Shown in pieces: positions 62,641 to 64,000 of a stretch of DNA of 64,000 nt. The DNA comes from Basidiobolus meristosporus CBS 931.73 (lineage: Eukaryota > Fungi > Basidiobolomycota), in the NCBI GenBank assembly GCA_002104905.1, contig MCFE01000085.1, positions 1 to 64,000 on the forward strand, read 5' to 3'. Made by a program: the position numbers and the translations under genes. Within the stretch, counting starts at the first letter, position 1, and every line of letters begins with the position of its first letter. The notes beneath the pieces were generated by a model. That model saw only the letters and a list, made by a program, of their open reading frames with translations, searched no databases and was not told the origin of the DNA.

Positions 62641-63005
62641 GGGTATAGGGACTTGAATAGGCCAACATAATTGGCAATTGAGGTACAACTGAAGCTTCAA
62701 TGGAAATAAATCAATTTGTATGCATGAAAAGTAAGAGAAACAGTTGAGTCAGGAAGTATGGAGTGTGTAAAAGAGGCAATAGCCAATCAATGCACAATAA
62801 CATTGGAGGCAATAGTGTGTCCAGGGTATAGAGACTTGCATAGGTCAATACAATAGGCAATTGGGGTAAAACTGAAGTTTCAACAGAAATAAATCAGTTT
62901 GTACGCATGAAAAGTAGAGAAATGGTTGAGTCAGGAAGTATGGAGTGTGTAAAAGAGGCAATAGCCAACCAATTCACACAAACATAGGAGGTGATAGAGT
63001 GTTTG
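62641..63005. repeat. ~183-bp diverged tandem duplication
   Basis: Both copies start GGGTATAG(G/A)GACTTG and contain GTTGAGTCAGGAAGTATGGAGTGTGTAAAAGAGGCAATAGCCAA. Confidence 0.85.
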
Positions 63006-64000
63006 AGATCAGGATGTGAGTAATTGGCAGGGAACTAATCAAAAGCCACTTATACATTGTTGTGATGAAAAATTTTGACTAAGTTTTTTGTGAAATGTGG
63101 GGTGCAATTGTTTTTCAATGATCTCTGGATGGTGTCTCAATGGGATCAGTATCTCATAGTCACAGGACTTTAACTTTGTGACAGCCTTTTGATGGGATCA
63201 CCTCAATAATCTTTCATAGGGTGCCCATGAAAACCTTCTTAATTGGAATTTCATGTTATTGAGTAAAAAGTTCTTTTGGTGTATAAAGTGCTGAGATGCT
63301 CCACAGTCAATATACCACATCTGAGAATCCTTGATTGTAGTCATACTTAGTGCAGATATGTATAGTCTGTCTTCAATTGTTAAACCATTTCTATATTCAG
63401 CTTCTTTTGCTGATTATCTTTCTTTTTGAGATGCCGGTCTGATGTGAGTCCTTTCCTTTTGCAATAGTTACACAACAGGTTGCTGTTGTCTTTGTAGGGT
63501 CTTGGGTACCTCCTTTGCTGGCTATCATTGCTCATTAAAGCACTTTCCTCTTCCTTCTTATTGGTGCTTGATTTTCTTAATTCTTCATCCAGGAGCATTC
63601 CATATATGTAATTTAAGGTCAAATCTTCAGTTCTGCACTAGGGCTGATACAGGGTCCCAAAACTTGTCTGTCAGGCTATTCAGGATGGTAACTATCACAT
63701 CCTCATCAGTAGTTGCTGCGCCCACATATTCCAATTCATCTACCAGCAGGGTAATTTTGTTATTCAGACTTTTCATTTGTTCTCCTGGCAGCATCTTTGT
63801 AGTAAGAATTTTTGTCTCCGATACATTTTCTTAGCAGCTGAATATGACTGGTAGGTGTCTTCTAATGCCTTCCAGGCATTCTTTGCCATTTTTGCTCTTA
63901 AGCATTGAATTTGCAATTTGTCCTTAACATTATGGCAACTGCAGTTAAAGGCACTTCGTCCTTTTTTCTGGTACTTTAAGGTTTCCTCTCACATGTTTTT

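Larger units (their letters stand above)
52099..64000 (-). mobile_element. Old decayed copia (element E): 3' LTR 52099-52448, RNaseH/RT/IN/PR to 56556, gag resumes at 63224 and runs off the window
   Basis: PPT plus colinear homology to element C. Interrupted by 52819-53890 and by 56557-63223; homology stops and restarts at the same CC(T/C)ATGAAAA. Confidence 0.85.

Overview
Eukaryotic, intron-containing fungal genomic DNA. An early-diverging lineage is a guess from gene style and cannot be confirmed here. The window has three compartments. (1) ~1-19.2 kb is an AT-rich, CpG-poor nest dominated by one Ty1/copia family with 350-bp LTRs and 5-bp TSDs. It holds an intact, identical-LTR copy (11694-16380), an integrase-deleted but still in-frame copy (484-4252), an old decayed copy, many solo LTRs and a 733-bp foldback element. 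(2) ~19.5-39.2 kb is a CpG-rich gene island: TIM10, a Zn2Cys6 factor, eIF3a, a HEATR6/DUF4042-like gene, SmF (absent from the ORF track), a secreted proteinase-K-type subtilisin and a LAG1/LAC1 ceramide synthase, with short TTAGGG/CTAGGG arrays just inside both edges. (3) ~39.2-64 kb is a second TE nest. It holds a nad4 NUMT, a near-intact copia with one frameshift, two inverted copies of a CACTA/EnSpm-like element with a divergent partner ORF, a PIF/Harbinger-type transposase relic, two solo LTRs with CCGG and CCGT/CTGT target duplications, a Gypsy-type integrase fragment and a GGGG minisatellite. The most suggestive lead is the copia family: it has a Ty5/copia-type half-tRNA-iMet PBS, an LISSPP motif in the integrase C-terminal linker resembling the Ty5 targeting motif LDSSPP, and repeated nesting inside the CpG-poor blocks. 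No rRNA, tRNA or CRISPR array was recognised. All coordinates and counts were made by eye.
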